DNA from: Chrysomallon squamiferum
Taxonomy: Eukaryota; Animalia; Mollusca
DNA: 64,000 bases
Assembly (NCBI GenBank): GCA_012295275.1
Contig: CM022670.1
Span: 34,348,001 to 34,412,000 of the forward strand
Direction: 5' to 3'
Made by a program: the position numbers and the translations under genes. Position 1 is the first letter of the stretch; every line of letters begins with the position of its first letter. Under the pieces are notes generated by a model, which was given only the letters and a program-made list of their open reading frames with translations, was not told the DNA's origin and ran no database searches. Shown here one piece after another: positions 14,241-29,782 of the stretch.

Positions 14241-14328
<88 letters not shown>
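14241..14328. repeat. (GA)n microsatellite
   Basis: Perfect GA run of about 88 bp. Confidence 0.98.
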
Positions 14329-14331
<3 letters not shown>

Positions 14332-15549
14332 GTAAATTAAGATAAAAAAAAAAATGAGACCATTTCAGAGACATACTTCAAAATATGACAGTAAATTTTT
14401 GACAGCTAAACAAGACCCGACATTAATTGTTACACAAGTGATCTGGTGTCATATTCCTGGCTGTTTTTGTTCAGTTCTGTGTGACACCTGTTACCAAATT
14501 AAGCGGGTTCACTCGGATTAGGTGTGCAGATGTGACCACACAGAACCATTTGTACTCTGCACTTCCTGGTGGCAGTCGTCTTTGTAAACCTCAGCTGTGT
14601 GCGACAAACTCGATAACGTCTGCTTCACGTCTTATCTGATTGATTATTGATATTCAGCACAACAACAACAACAACAACATCAACAACACCAAGACCAAAT
14701 TCATTTTTATATTCTAAAACCTTAAAAAAAATCCATAAAAAATTATTATTTATTTTATAAATTTGAGTTTTAGTTCAAATACTAAATTAAGTATGTTTTT
14801 TAGGGGTTTTTATTTTTTATTTTTTTTTTTTTTTGTAGTATGACGTCAAACATACAATTTTCAGTCAACTGTGTATTGATGCTGAATGTATATGTCCAAT
14901 AAAGATGGTGATTATAATTATAAGCATGAGTGCATATGCATGAATGCAGGCATGCATGGATGTTTGCATATATTCCTCAATTAGACGGTACAAAGACTAA
15001 CACATTTTGATTTTAACATAGACAGCGCAAACAGCAAATGAAATGAATTAGGAAACAAGAAGCAGATATTAAATTTTGTTGTTCTTTTATGTGTAAATAT
15101 ACTTTTGTTATAAATTCGGTGTATGTCTGAAAAGCTTTTCTTTTGAACATGAAAAACCACATTTTCTTTAAATTTCCAGTCTTTTAATGCAAAATCAAGC
15201 TGTAGTCTGTCAGTGCAGTTAAATTACTGTAATTTGACTGCTGACTGTTGACTGTATATTATTACTACATATTCACCATACGTCATTATTTCATTATTAT
15301 CTCGTGCTGTATGATATCACTGTATTTCACCCCTTCAACATATAATCGATTAAAGATTAATTCTTAATGAAAAACTTTCAAATCAAGGGTGGTCTCTATT
15401 CAGGTAAAAAAAACAATTTTGTTGCCAAGGCTAAAGCAGTAAGCACCTCACAGGTCGATGGATGGATGGTGTGATGGGTGTGAACAGGAGAGTTTAAGAT
15501 GTTCTGGTTAATAGCCGGGATGTCAAAGCAATGGCGTGTTTAGCTATCT

Positions 15550-15598
<49 letters not shown>

Positions 15599-16584
15599 CC
15601 ATTACAACCCACAATTTCTACAACCGCCATTCGTGTTCACCTACCTGGAATGTTTTTTTCATACTGGGAAGAAAGGGGTTCTGTTTACCTGGTGTTACTT
15701 TGTATGCTCGTTTGTCGTCAGTGCTGGCACAGTCTCAATACTGCCTGCATTTTCAGCTCAGAGAGGACTTTTAAATTTAACTCCTTCTCACTGTTTCCTC
15801 TTTTGTACACAAACATTGCTTATTGAACTGTGGGGGATGTGGAATTTCATTAAGGGTACAGTTTAATTATCAAAAATCTTCATAACACATTTTTTTGTGT
15901 TGCAAAACATAATGGACTTAGTATTGTGTAGTTTAGATATGTTACGTTAGAATTAAATGCTTATATTTTATTATCAATACTTGTGTGTGTATATATTGTC
16001 TGTGTGTATGTGTTTATATATTACATATATATTCACACCATTTTATAAAATCGTAGAAAAGTCAAAGGTACAGACATCTGTTGCAGTGAACTGCCTGCCT
16101 GCTTATCTGTTTATTTTCCCAATTACATGTCAATAATTATTCATCCATCCATCCATCCATCTGTCCTGTTGTTCTGCTTTCTGTAATTGACCCACATTGT
16201 GTTTCTGCCTCTCAATGGGAAGTCACTAATAAAAATATTTCTCATGTTAAATGTCCCTCGGTGTGTGATCATCTGATGTCGTAATCACAGTGTGTGTGTG
16301 TCTGTGTCACAGCACCTGCTAGATCAGTGGATGCAGCAGTCATCTGTCGGAAAACTTCACAGTGCAGTCAGACAGCTGACACAGCAATCTGGATCTCTGG
16401 TGTTGTTGTTGGGAAACTGCTGCACGACTTGTGACACATTCGTCATTGTATGTGACTGCAGTTTGCTGTTTTGTGATGTACGAAAGAAAAGTATTTTATT
16501 AATTTTGGGGGGGTTTTCAGTTTCTAATAGTATATTTCAACATGTAAATTTGTATGTGTATGTGAATGTGTATATTTATATCTT

Positions 16585-16628
<44 letters not shown>

Positions 16629-16939
16629 ACACATACACACACATAAACATACACAAACACACAGATACATGCACCAGATAGTTCATTTCCTATTCAAGTC
16701 ACAGCGTCTTCCTGTGTTCCTTTATTTATTCAGATTTATCCCTTGTCATAATGGGAGTATTAAAAAAGATCAAGGTTAAAGATAGGTGTACTGTTTCCTT
16801 ATAGACGAAAAAGTTGCTGAACTATGGTGGTTTCTTTTTGAACATCTCTACTGAGCGTAAATACAAGTGCTTAAATATAAATATAAGTTATGTTACAGAC
16901 ACACATATTACATTATAATTCAGAATATGCAAACATAAT

Positions 16940-17071
16940 TTGCATACATACATACATACATATATACATATATATGTATATATGTACAAGCATACATACA
17001 TATATATACATGCAGCACATACATACATACATACAAACATACATACATACATACATACATACATACATACA

Positions 17072-17102
<31 letters not shown>

Positions 17103-17150
17103 CCCCCACACACACACACACACACACACACATACATATATGCATACATA
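16940..17150. repeat. (TACA)n/(CA)n compound microsatellite
   Basis: Seen directly in the sequence. Confidence 0.95.
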
Positions 17151-19294
17151 CATCCTTAGATGCATCATTTTTATGTTAAAACTTTGAGCTGTACAGTTAA
17201 GCACAAGTTTACAATTTGAATTAAATGTACCCACTCTACTGAAAATTAATGTTTATATTATCCTCACTTGTATAAACCAAACCTAAACATACCACACAAG
17301 TTGCAGTACAATTGGGCTCTGTTTGGACAAAAAAAAAAAATAATAATAATAATAATGTGATTTAGGTTGTGGTATGCACACATTTTTTACAATTAAAGAA
17401 TTTAATGTATCTTTGGAATTCTAAATACAGACTTCTCATGTCCCATTATTGTCACTGTTTGTGTGGAGCAGGTTCAGAAGTATAAGGTATCATCGTAGAT
17501 AACTTAAGTATCACTGTAGTAATACAAAGAATATTTATTATTGTTATTATTATTTTTTTTATCAAACTGTATTTGGCTATATAGTGCCCTATCATTGCAT
17601 ATTTCTATCAGCATGAATCAAATTTGGATTGCATAAATCTCCTGATAAATAAACATTAATACTTCACGGCCTTTGAAACATGGTGTAACTTTATACATGC
17701 TTGCCTTGGTGTGTGTTCATAAATACAACCCCTCAGACAGTTGCTTTTACATATTTATGTTATGATACAGCAAGAATCATAGCATTCTTTAAAATCCGCA
17801 AATATCTGATTTTTATCTGATGAAAACGTATATCTTAAATTAAATATAATCAGGCCAATGTGCCCAGGTAAATCTGTTGGCTATTGTCAGCGATGCCTTT
17901 GATGTTGACTTACCTGGCAAATACCTGGTTTTTCACCTGTAGTTATTAATCTGAGTTGAAAGTGTCAGTGTTGAAATGAGAGCTGTTGAACATAACATGT
18001 CTTTCAGTGGGCCATGTTTTTTAATAATGAGTGACAACCTGACGATGGACTTGTTACAGTTCTTGTATGGTCTCGTGTATAATGAAGCATTATGTGGCCT
18101 TAACAGTTTAAGTAATAACTGCAATAATGATTTATTTCAAAGTCCTCTGATCTTCGTTGTTATTACAATATTACAATGTTACACGTATTCTTTATAGTTT
18201 TTAAAATAAAGAAATAAAAAATTACTTTTATATATTTTCATTGTTATTGGGCTTTTTTTTTTATCCGTTCATTCATTCTTTGTTTATATATTCTTTTCTT
18301 TTTTTTGGTCTTTCTTTTTTAATATGTTTTTTTGTCCTTTCATTTTCTAATGTTTTGCTTTTTTATTGGGAATTGTGATGTATGTTGGTATTTGTTATTG
18401 CTATACATATAATTGATAATTACAATACTCAGTTTACATACCAAATTTAGTTCAAATCCAAATGTATAATGTATTAATATAATATGTGGATATATATGCT
18501 ATACTATAGTTCTAATTAAATACACAGACATAAAATATTTTATATTAAACTGTAATTCAAAGTAAATTTCCACACAGGAAACATATTTTATTAGTAAAAA
18601 AAAAATAATTATAGAAAAAATTACTAATTATGTAAATAGAAAAGTTCATGTACAATATTTTATGGGTAGAAAGTAAAACTGACATTATTAAAACTATAAA
18701 ACTGGGTTTCATTATTTCATTATTTTCATTATTTTAAAACAATTTCTTTAGCTACAAAATTACATATATTTCCTAAAATCCAGTTATTCTTTTTCTTTAC
18801 TAGTTATCAATATAACAGTTTGGTAATAGTTTCTTTATGAGACTGGTTACTTGTAATAGATAACAATTAAAAATGTTCTAAAAAAAAGAAGAGAAAAAAA
18901 AGCTGAATATGATTCTTTTAAAACAAAGTCTTGATTCATCATTCCCTGGCATAAAATAATTGAACAGTAAATTCACAATGAATGCCTACCTCTGTACACA
19001 CACATATACACATATATGTTGAATAATACAGAATTCTCAACAGACATAATCAAGACAGTTTTATTAAACTGGATGTATTTTATTATTTTTTTTTAGATCT
19101 TGTTTTATTCTCTAATCTTTGTTTTAGTAATGAAACACAGGGTAGAACAGGAAATATGTCCTTCACATGACTAGATTCCATAATCATCTGTGCACAAGTG
19201 AAACAATAAAACTGTAAATTTGAAATTTGTGTGCCTGTGGGGGGGGGGTATTTTGGAGTTTCTGTTTATATTTTCTTTAAAAAAATTATAATGT

Positions 19295-19770
19295 CAATAA
19301 GCTAAGAAATATTTTATTATTTTAATTTTGCAATAACAAAAATCCAAGAATTTCAATTATTTTAATTTTATTATAATGAAAAGTCAAGAATTCTTATATT
19401 ATTTTAATTTTACAATAATAAAAAGCCAAGAATTCTTTTATTATTATAATTTTGCAATAACAAAAAGCCAAGAATTCTTTTAATTTAATTTTGCAATAAC
19501 AAAAAGCCAAGAATTCTTTTATTTTCATTCTGCAATAACAAAAAGCCAAGAATTCTTTTATTATTTTCATTTTGCAATAACAAAAAGCCAAGAATTCTTT
19601 TAATTTAATTTTGTAATAATAAAAAGCCAAGAATTCTTTTATTATTTTCATTTCGCAATAACAAAATGCCAAGAATTCTTTTATTTATTTTAATTTTGCA
19701 ATAACAAAAAGCCAAGAATTCTTTTATTTATTTTAATTTTGCAATAACAAAAAACCAAAAATTCTTTTCA
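19295..19770. repeat. Minisatellite, ~39-43-bp unit, ~12 copies
   Basis: Recurrent TTTTGCAATAACAAAAAGCCAAGAATTCTTTTA core with length variants. Confidence 0.95.
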
Positions 19771-20384
19771 TTTTGCTTTTATGACTTCTTGTCTTCTTTC
19801 ATCTACCCTTTCTTCTGCTGTTTTTTCTCAATTGTATTTCATTTAAATATATGTAAATAAACATTCCTTTTATTTTTTTCTATCCCTTTCTCTGCATTTT
19901 GTCTTCTCTTTTTTTTCCAAAAATTAATCCATTGTTCATTTCTGAACAGTGCTATTCTCCTCCAGTGTTCACAGAAACCATATTTCTTTCTCTGATAACC
20001 CATAAACTTCAGAGTTTGTTTTGTAATATGATAGAATTATGTTTGCCTACCTGTGTGTTTACTGCAATGAGTGGAATGTAAGCAATGAGGGGATATAGAT
20101 TTTTTTTCTTTTTTTTTTTTGTACTTGATTGTTTCTGACGTACACCTTTTTGAAGCCCTTAGAGATAACCACCAAGTTGTCTGAATGTTGGACAGATTTT
20201 ATAAACTCACATGTAGTGTTCTTATTAAGTCACTTTGAAAATGTTTCTTTTAAGTCAGTTTGCGGTTGTTTCGGTTATGCTAGTTTCCAAATGTTCCTGT
20301 TACATCATTTTACAGATCTGTTTGTGTTTAGTTTCTTTGAAAATATTTCTCTTTAGTTGATTTGAATTTTTTTTTGTTACGTCG

Positions 20385-20930
20385 TTTTGTCATTTTACAA
20401 ATGTTTCTTGTAATTTTCTCTGACTTTGTAAATCTTTTTAAAGTGATTGAAGATTACTAGAAACATTTTCTGTCACTTTGTAAATGTTTCTAGTATTCTT
20501 CAGTCACTTTGTGAATGTTTCTAGTATTCTTCACTCACTTTGTAAATGTTTCTAGTATTCTTCACTCACTTTGTAAATGTTTCTAGTATTCTTCACTCAC
20601 TTTGTAAATGTTTCTTGTATTCTTCACTCACTTTGTAAATGTTTCTAGTATTCTTCACTCACTTTGTAAATGTTTTTTGTATTCTTCACTCACTTTGTAA
20701 ATGTTTCTAGTATTCTTCACTCATTTTGTAAATGTTTGTAGTATTTTCTGTCACTTTGTAAATGTTTTTAGTTTTCTTCTATCACTGTAAATGTTTTTAG
20801 TATTCTTCAATTATTTTATAAATGTTTCTAGTAATCTTCTATTTTGTAAATGTTTCTAGTAATTTTCTGTCACTTTGTAAATGATTCTAGTGTTCTTCTG
20901 TCACTTTGTAAATTTTTCTAGTATTCTTTT
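20385..20930. repeat. Minisatellite, 31-bp unit, ~17 copies
   Basis: Unit CACTCACTTTGTAAATGTTTCTAGTATTCTT; homogeneous in the centre and degenerate at both edges. Confidence 0.95.
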
Positions 20931-21245
20931 GAAAACGATACTAATGATTCAGCTTGTAAATTATATCTCTGTAATGTTGAACATTTAAATATGGAGTCAG
21001 TATGTAACTATGATACTATGTTAAGGATATAAATATTTATGACAAGTTGATCTTACTGATTTCATTTTATGTCAGTTTGCAATTATTTCAACTAAACAGG
21101 TTGAGGATCCTTTAACTAAAAACATTTCCAAGTAACAGAAATAGTTAAATCTTTCAGTGTTTAGATTGTTTTCCATATAGGCCTATATAAACTTTATTTT
21201 ATGCACAAAATTAAAAATATAGGAAAAAATCTTTTCTTACTCTTA

Positions 21246-21307
<62 letters not shown>

Positions 21308-21798
21308 TTATTTATTTATTTATATTTTTTTTTTACAAATCAATAAATGTTTCTGTCCATAAATAAGTGAGTTCAAAAATGTGTGTTGTTACTTTTGTAA
21401 ATGTTTTTATTATGTAAATGAAGATGATTGCATAAATACATAAATCTATATGAGCATTACTTAATGTACAAAAAAACAGGGGAAAAATAATTTAAAAAAT
21501 GCTTTAATCACAAATATGCATATAAAAGGTCTGTATTAAATAAACAAATAAATAAAATATGACTTGAAAAATTTTTAAATATATTTTTATCTGCTTCTGC
21601 AATTGAACAAGAGATTGAGAATGAAACCATTTGCTTTTGAACTGTAAAATGTTTACACAATAAACATAAATATGTTTAGTGATGTTATTACTTTTCTGCA
21701 TGAAAAAGTTACATTTAATACTAGTCTTTCTTGCTAGTGAGCCTCATGGTGCATGCTAAAAAAAAAAAAAAAAAAAAATATTATTATTGTTTTTTTAA

Positions 21799-21836
<38 letters not shown>

Positions 21837-23747
21837 TTCTTGCCAAGCATCTTAAATCTCAGTATATACAATTTTTCAAATGTAATGTTTTCTTAACATA
21901 TTAACTACTTTTATCATATTAGTACAATGCTTAAGCCAGTTTTGCAACAGAAACAGTTAAACTGACTTCATAAAAGATAGTTACGTAAGTGTGTTCATGC
22001 ATATGTATATGTTTACGTATATCTGTCCATGTATATTTATGCATACCTATTTGCGTGTGTGTACATGCGTGCAAAAGTGCAGCATAACAAACCTTTTTTT
22101 TTATTTTTTTTTTAACATATTACATTTGTTCATACACCTGTACCACTCAGCAACAGTATCAGTATCCTTTCATGTACAAGGTAATCGAGACTCGCAGGTA
22201 AGACCTACCTGTGTGCGATACTTTAAATTGACTCATTTCAGGTGAAAACAGTACTTAACATTCCAACACATGTCATAATGGGAGCAGTATTGCACAAGGC
22301 TATTAAAATAATATGATATATTCGCAGCGAACAAATTTCTGTTTGGTTTGACCGGTCATGCGTAGAAGACACGGTATGTAACATGTTGACACAATGTCTG
22401 AAGTAATGAGCGAAAGAATCTCCAGTATGTGCTACGCATTTGGCCCATTGTGTCACTGATTATTGAACGAGATTACCAGTCGCAGTGTAACTTGATCCAT
22501 GCGGATCTGCACCTTCTGAGAGAGAGAGAAAAAACACACAGTTGTAAAAACACCAGAGAAGAAGAAACTGTGTTGTATGCATGGACACGTATTGAGAAGC
22601 AAAAGTGAAACATCACTGAATGAGGTTTAATAATTTAAGTTGTGAAATGGGAAAATGTGATGGTTTAGAAAATTTGATAAAGATGTTTAGTATCCACTGT
22701 ATTGAAAGTTTGATTCATTCTGTGTGTGTGTGTGTGTGTGAGAGAGAGAGTGTGTGTGGGTGTGGGTGTGTGTGTGGGCGAGTGTATGTGTGTGTTTTGA
22801 ATTGATACAAGATCTGACATATATTTTTTTAAATAGTTTTCTATCACATAAGATTAATTACAGTTTCTTTTGCCATTTTTAAACTTTTAAGATTCTTCCC
22901 CATAATTTTACATTTTTTTATTTATTTTATTTTATTTTATACATATTTTATTAATGCTACAATTCTTACACTGTATTTTTTTTTATTATATTTTTTTTAT
23001 CCTCCTCTTAAGGTTTATCTCAGTAAATGAAAGTAAATATATTAGATCAGAAACTCCCACACAAACCCTGTGAGCTGTTCACTCTCTGATCCACACAAAG
23101 CTTTATTAATAACTTAAATACTTTTTTGTGTACTTTGTACTTTGAAGAATTGTATAAATGACTACAAGTAAATAATCAGTGAGTTTTATCTCTCTCATAT
23201 CATCATTGTATAAAAATTACAAAAAGCCTACATTAACCTTTAATAACAGACATGGAACAAGTCAGAAATACTGCATGGAATTTTGGAAACTTTAATATAT
23301 ATATATATATAAATGGTTGTGGACACTAATTTTTCTCTTTTTCTTTATCCATTTTTTTTTATTTTTTTTTTTTATTTTTTTATTTTTTTTTTATATTGTT
23401 TTTTAAATTTTTTATTTTTTTTAATTAACAAATAAGTTTTTTTCAGAAATATTAATGGTTTGAAATGTTGAGCTGCACAAAAAAAAACACAATCATTTTA
23501 AATATAAGCTGAAAGTCTTCAACTTTTATTTCAGCTCAAAATATCTCCTTAATAGAGAAGCAAAAATACTAAATTATTTTATTTTATTTTATTCTATTTT
23601 TTACAAATATTTACATTTATATTTATATTTATATGTCAAGTCATTTTATTTTTAACCATTACTTTTCATATATAGTTATCACCAGTTTCAAGTGTTCAAT
23701 CCATTATTCATAAATGTAATGATGAAAAAACATATTTCTCAGTGGTG

Positions 23748-23782
<35 letters not shown>

Positions 23783-24114
23783 GATATATCATTGCTATTT
23801 TGGTGGTTTAACTACAGTAATTGATGACAAAATAATTTTTCAAAAATCTGTCATGATCTGTTTAAGATTTTGTCATTTAATATATTATCAGCACAAACAC
23901 TATGACATGAGTGTTAAAAATAATACTGTGGTGTCGAATAAAGCTGTTACATTATCAGGTTCATACTTCTAGTATCAACTTCTACTTTGTGAAATATGAT
24001 TAATATATAACACTCAGTTCCTTTTTTTTTCTTTCTTTGAAAGATCTGTAATGATGCTAGTATATTATCTTCTCACATGCTATCATTACAAAATACCATG
24101 AATGGCATGATGCA

Positions 24115-24330
24115 TTTAATTACCGTTAATATACTGAACAAAAAAGGTAAGGATCATCAGGAATAAAAATATTATTATGGAATCTTGTGATAAGCACTTA
24201 AATACCAGTAATAAATAAGAAATAAAAACATAAGGATCATCAAATAATGAAAGGATCAGTACAGAATCTTGTTATAGGTGCTTAATTACCATTACTATAC
24301 TGAACAAAAAAGATAGGGATCATCAATTAT
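24115..24330. repeat. Old tandem repeat, ~83-bp period, ~2.5-3 copies
   Basis: GGATCATCA recurs near 24151, 24234 and 24317, with shared TTAAwTACC and GAATCTTGT segments. Confidence 0.75.
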
Positions 24331-27300
24331 TTTGAAATAACAAATTTACTCATCCAGGGTATATCAGTAAAAAGATACGAAATTGTCAGTTTTAAATTTC
24401 AGGTCATAATTTATTGTAGCCATTCATTTTATGTCGTTATCGAGTTCCTCTGTTACTGCATAAAGCATTAACCATATATAAACATCCCTGAATTATTTGT
24501 TCTTTATAGTATAGTGTGTGGAGATGTTAACATCTACATTGGTGATTCTCTGATTAAATCAGACAGTCCTGACCTTCGCATTATGTTGATCACACAAAAC
24601 ATTATCTTCATGTTTCAATCATTGTTACGAATTTCCCAATCCAAACCAGGAAAATAACCAGAACGAATTAAAAAAAGAAGAAAAAACAATGTCTGTCCAT
24701 TTTAAATTCTGTTTCCTTAAGTGTTGTTGTCATGTTTAGCAAATGACTGAAAATGTCCTGAACAGAACTGATGAATACAAAGTTGGCTCATAAATGCTGT
24801 AATACAGCTGAGAGCAAAATTCTTCTTATTTTTTTTTATATCATTTTTCACATTCTTTTTATCTCACCTTTAAAGGTAACAGACTGCATTACATTCACAT
24901 TTCTGAAATTCAGGTACTGCGACCATGTTGCTTTTCGCTTTATTCACAAATAATTCAGTAACAGTGACGTATTCTCACTTTGATCAGACAGTGTGTAAGA
25001 ACGTTAAACGGAGCCTCACACTGAAACGTCTCTTCATTGTGGCAGATGCCACTGCAGCATTAGCGGCATAAAAAGGCTCCAGGATCCATTTACAAGCTCC
25101 GTTTATTGGCTCCTCCCTGCTTACATGTCATTTTTATTCCACGGTTCTGTATCATTTAATTCAGGTGTGGTTATGGTTTCGCACTTCGTCTTTATCTGTT
25201 CACATTCCTCGCGGTGAACAGGAAACCTATTGTCATTGTTATGTCTGTGTTTAAATGACTTGTTCGCTGCAGTGTAGTCTTGTGGAAATTCAACATTGAC
25301 AGCTGTTGGTTTGGGTTGCCATTCAGTGAAAGTTTTCTTGTATATTTGGGACTTCGTGTTAAAAATCTTTTCTTCAAAAATTCTTTTCTTTACTTTTTTT
25401 TTTTTTTCTTTATGTAAATTTTTGAAATTGTTTTGAGATGTAGACTTGATTCAGAGGTGTATAAATGTTAAATTTGTACTCGAGGATTTTTACATCAAAA
25501 TAATTATTAAAAATGTACTTTTTCTGCAGCATACAAATAATAGTTTATTTTTAAAATATTATAGTAGCAACAACAACAACAAACAATAATAACAATTGGA
25601 GATTGTATATTGAAATTTATTTATACAGACACATACAATTTATCCCTACATTTCAGATATGCAGAAAGTATAATAAATTTAAGCAATAGAAAAATACTTT
25701 CCTTTGTATCTCTGTGTGAGATTATGTATATATAATACTGAAGTGTGTATGTGTGATACTGTTTTGTGTAATAGACTGACTTATTTACACCAAACCTGTT
25801 TGAATATATAGTCAGTATATGGGTGGCTGGGAAAAAAGGAAAAAAGGAATACTTTAAATAAAAGTTATTTTACAAATTTGTCAAAATAGATATGATGTGT
25901 ATTTTGTATCATAAAATAAGAACAAATAAATAAAATTAAAAAAAACAGTTTCCTTGGTTTTTCACATCTGTCATTGTGTATATTAATGGTATTTATGTAC
26001 CCAATTATAAAAATATTTTATACAAAACCAAAACAAAACAATTAGTTTTAGTAAGTTTTCATATTTCAGATTATAATAAAATAATTCTGGTTTGTTGATT
26101 TACAAAACAACTTAACATTTTATTGCTTCATGAAATACACACAATAAATAATGCTTTAAATACAATAAAATTTTAAAACCCCCCCAAAAAACATTTTAAT
26201 AGCATAATTTAATATTATTCTCTCTTTGATATATAAAATATAATATTTATTAACCTATACATTAATATTAATTTTAAATGTTTGATATCTATCAATCAAT
26301 ACATCAATATTAATTTCCCATTAACAATCTACCTATTAATGTTAGCTTTATTTTTACTGCCCACATTTTTACTGATTATAACCATGTTTACCAATCTTTA
26401 TAAATGAAACTGATACAATCGCATTAACACACAATTACCAGCATTGATAAACAGTTAAAAATTCTTTAAAAGATCATTTGTATCGGTATTCGGTGACTAG
26501 AACTTTGACGTCCTCGTAAAAAGATCTGGCTGAAAGCTGCTTTGATGTCTGATCGAACCATTTGAAAAAAAGAAAATCCCACCAACTGATAATTGTGCAG
26601 GAAATGGGTGTTAATTGAGTCCAAGGTTCCAGCGAGTCTGTGAAAGCGGGTCTAGCAGAAAATTACTTCGCAGACAGTGAGCCGTGGAGTTAGTGAAGCA
26701 GTTAATACTCGCTTCAGAATAACACCCGCCGAAATAATAACAGAATACACACACCCACAGTAAAGAGGTTGGGAAATTCTTGGGGATATAAAATGTGGGT
26801 ATATGCCAAGTTTTCTTAAAACAGTTTTGTATCCAGGAGGTATATAAAAACTTGCTACTCTGTAAGTATGTATAATCCTAGCCAAGCAGAAAAATAAAAC
26901 ATTAGGTACTCTTTTTCTGAATCGTCTAGGTTGATCTGGAACTCTATTTAATGTTAAGAATGTTTCTACAAATATATATATATATATATATATTTATTTA
27001 TTTATTTAGAAGTTTAGTTAGAAATTTAGATTAACTGCATAATGGAGTAAGAAATATATGTAAAACACAATGCATAAACAATTTTGAAATAAAACTTTGT
27101 CTTTAAATATTTCATTAAGACAATTCCACAACCCCTCAGTTTCTGTGACAAGAATTGTGAATATCATAAACATGCTATTTAAAAGTTCTAATAAAATAAT
27201 ATAATGCATTTGAATGCAACTTTAAAATGATTGTTAAATGATTTTATAAAATTAATAAAACAGCATTAAAAAAAAAGGACAATGTAAAACAAATACTTAA

Positions 27301-27804
27301 TTAGCTAAGGGATTAATTTGAGTAAAGATTTAAATTTTTCATCTAAATTATTATTAAATTTAGCAGCTTAACATGAGTTGTTTTTTTTAAATTGAAAAGG
27401 AAACTTTATACTTTTTGTTATATTTTACCGGTCATAGACGTAAAAATACATTAGAAATATATCTAAAATTTTAAATCAAGAAGTTTAATACAGTTACAAG
27501 TATTTACAACTGATGTTCTCATGGATGATTTTGTTTTTTGTTAGTGGAAAGCAAGGTCTGTGTAAATCTGCACTTTCTCACAGGATAATGTTAATAAGTA
27601 AAACAGCAGCTGGACTTGTGGCACCTGCTGAATGTACTAAACAATTCTGGGAGAACCCCAGTATCCTCACAGTGAATGCTTTACATTTGAATCACATTCT
27701 TCCAATCTGCATACACCTCTTTTATGTTTGTTTTATATTTCTTTATTACCTCATCTACGTACTTTTTCTCTCATTTTCGTTCTCTCTTTCATTTACTGTT
27801 TTAT

Positions 27805-28045
27805 TATTTCATCCCTCTAATGGTATAGCTATCTTTTCATATTCCCTGTTCTTTTAGCATTTCTTCTCTTTAACAGTATATCTCTTTATTTCATATTCCC
27901 CATTGTTTTAGCACTTCATCCCTCTAAGACTATATCTATCTATTTCTTATTTTGTATATCTATCTGTAACTTCTTCCAACAAACTGTATCTATTTTTATA
28001 TTCCACATTCTTTTAGCATTTCATCCCTCTGTCTATCTATATTTC
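27805..28045. repeat. Degenerate tandem repeat, ~52-54-bp period
   Basis: TTCATCCCTCT and ATATTCC...TTTTAGCA recur about 3-4 times at regular spacing. Confidence 0.7.
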
Positions 28046-28461
28046 AATCAAACCCATTTCTCTTCTTCATCACTTTAACTTGAATGTTAGTAAGTGGCAT
28101 TAGAAGATGACAGTAACAAACCACCCCCAAACCCTTCAGTGTGACCTTATTTCATTTCAAAGGTAAACATGGACTTTGAGCTCACCATTTATGTTTACAA
28201 ACCTTTGTTAATAACTGTATCTCATTACCATGCCCTTCATTGGAGTATTAATACCTGTATTTAATCTGTAACCTTGGTTATCTCTACACCTAGACAAACA
28301 CCAGGTTGCAGATAAAGAGGTGATTTGTATGTAAACATTACACATGCACCAGAGACATGTTGTACACATGCAGAAAATGCAGATACATTTTTATAAACTG
28401 TCAAATAAAAACATGTTTATAACTATTCATTTTGTTATTTTATTTTATTATTTACTTTATT

Positions 28462-28492
<31 letters not shown>

Positions 28493-29311
28493 TTATTATT
28501 ATTATTTTATTTTTTTTTTGTTAAAATTGTTTATAAAAGGTTTATTTTTCATTTAAAATACAAATTGTTTAAAAAGTTTCACATTTCTGTTTAATGAATT
28601 TTTATTAACAGCAGTTGACTAAAAAATTATAAAACTGAAAGTATAAAAAGTTAAAAGAAGATAAAATAATACTTAACAACATATTCTTCACATTCATTAG
28701 GCTATTTTAATTCTCTGGGGTTTTTTAATTGTAATAACAAACACTTTTAATAAACAGTTTGCACATTATTTCCTCTGATATTAAGTAATAATAATAATGA
28801 TGACAACAATAATCATTATGGTCATAATAAAACTTGTAACAATAATGATCATAACATACAACAACAACAACAATAATCATAATGATGATAATATATTCAT
28901 AAGTCTTAAAAGTTTTAAAAGCACATTCCTTACTAGTATTTGTAGAGTAATACATCACAGTTTATTAATGTGATAACAGTGTTGTACACACACTGCATTA
29001 AACAAATATTAAGACATAATCAAAGAGGCCAGTGGTGATTACAGAAGAGTGACAACATGAACCTGTGACTGCATTTGAAGTACAGTCAAACATTGCACAG
29101 CTTAACGCTGGATCATTCTGCTCCACACGGAGATAGGATGATTGTTGAAAATATCGAGTGCCGATAGCAACAGCGAGAACACACACACAATATCAGGTGA
29201 TGCAACATCTCAACATGGCTTTGATGTTTATCAGGTGTGCACCAGGTGATGACAGCAAGTGATAAGTCAAGATTAGCGTGTACCTGGAAGAATCGGGAGA
29301 TAGTAATTAAC

Positions 29312-29782
29312 ATGCACTGTATGTACACACAGCACTGTACGTACACACAGCACTGTACATACACACAGCACTGTACGTACACACAGCACTGTACTTACAC
29401 ACAGCACTGTACGTACACACAGCACTGCACTGTACACACAGCACACTTACACACAGCACTGCGTTACACACAGCACTGTACGTACACACAGCACTGTACG
29501 TACACACAGCACTGTACATACACACAGCACTGTACATACACACAGCACTGTACTTACACACAGCACTGTACGTACACACAGCACTGTACATACACACAGC
29601 ACTGTACGTACACACAGCACTGTACATACACACAGCACTGTACATACACACAGCACTGTACGTACACACAGCACTGTACATACACACAGCACTGTACATA
29701 CACACAGCACTGTACGTACACACAGCACTGTACGTACACACAGCACTGTACGTACACACAGCACTGTATGAACACACAGCAT
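29312..29782. repeat. 18-bp minisatellite (TACACACAGCACTGTACN), ~26 copies
   Basis: Near-perfect tandem array. It accounts for the YTQHCT / CTYSAV / VCTVLC / CCVYVQ ORFs on both strands. Confidence 0.97.

Noticed and set aside
19295-20930. Regularly spaced repeats superficially like CRISPR arrays
   Set aside because: Head-to-tail minisatellites without unique spacers, in a eukaryotic intron with no cas genes.
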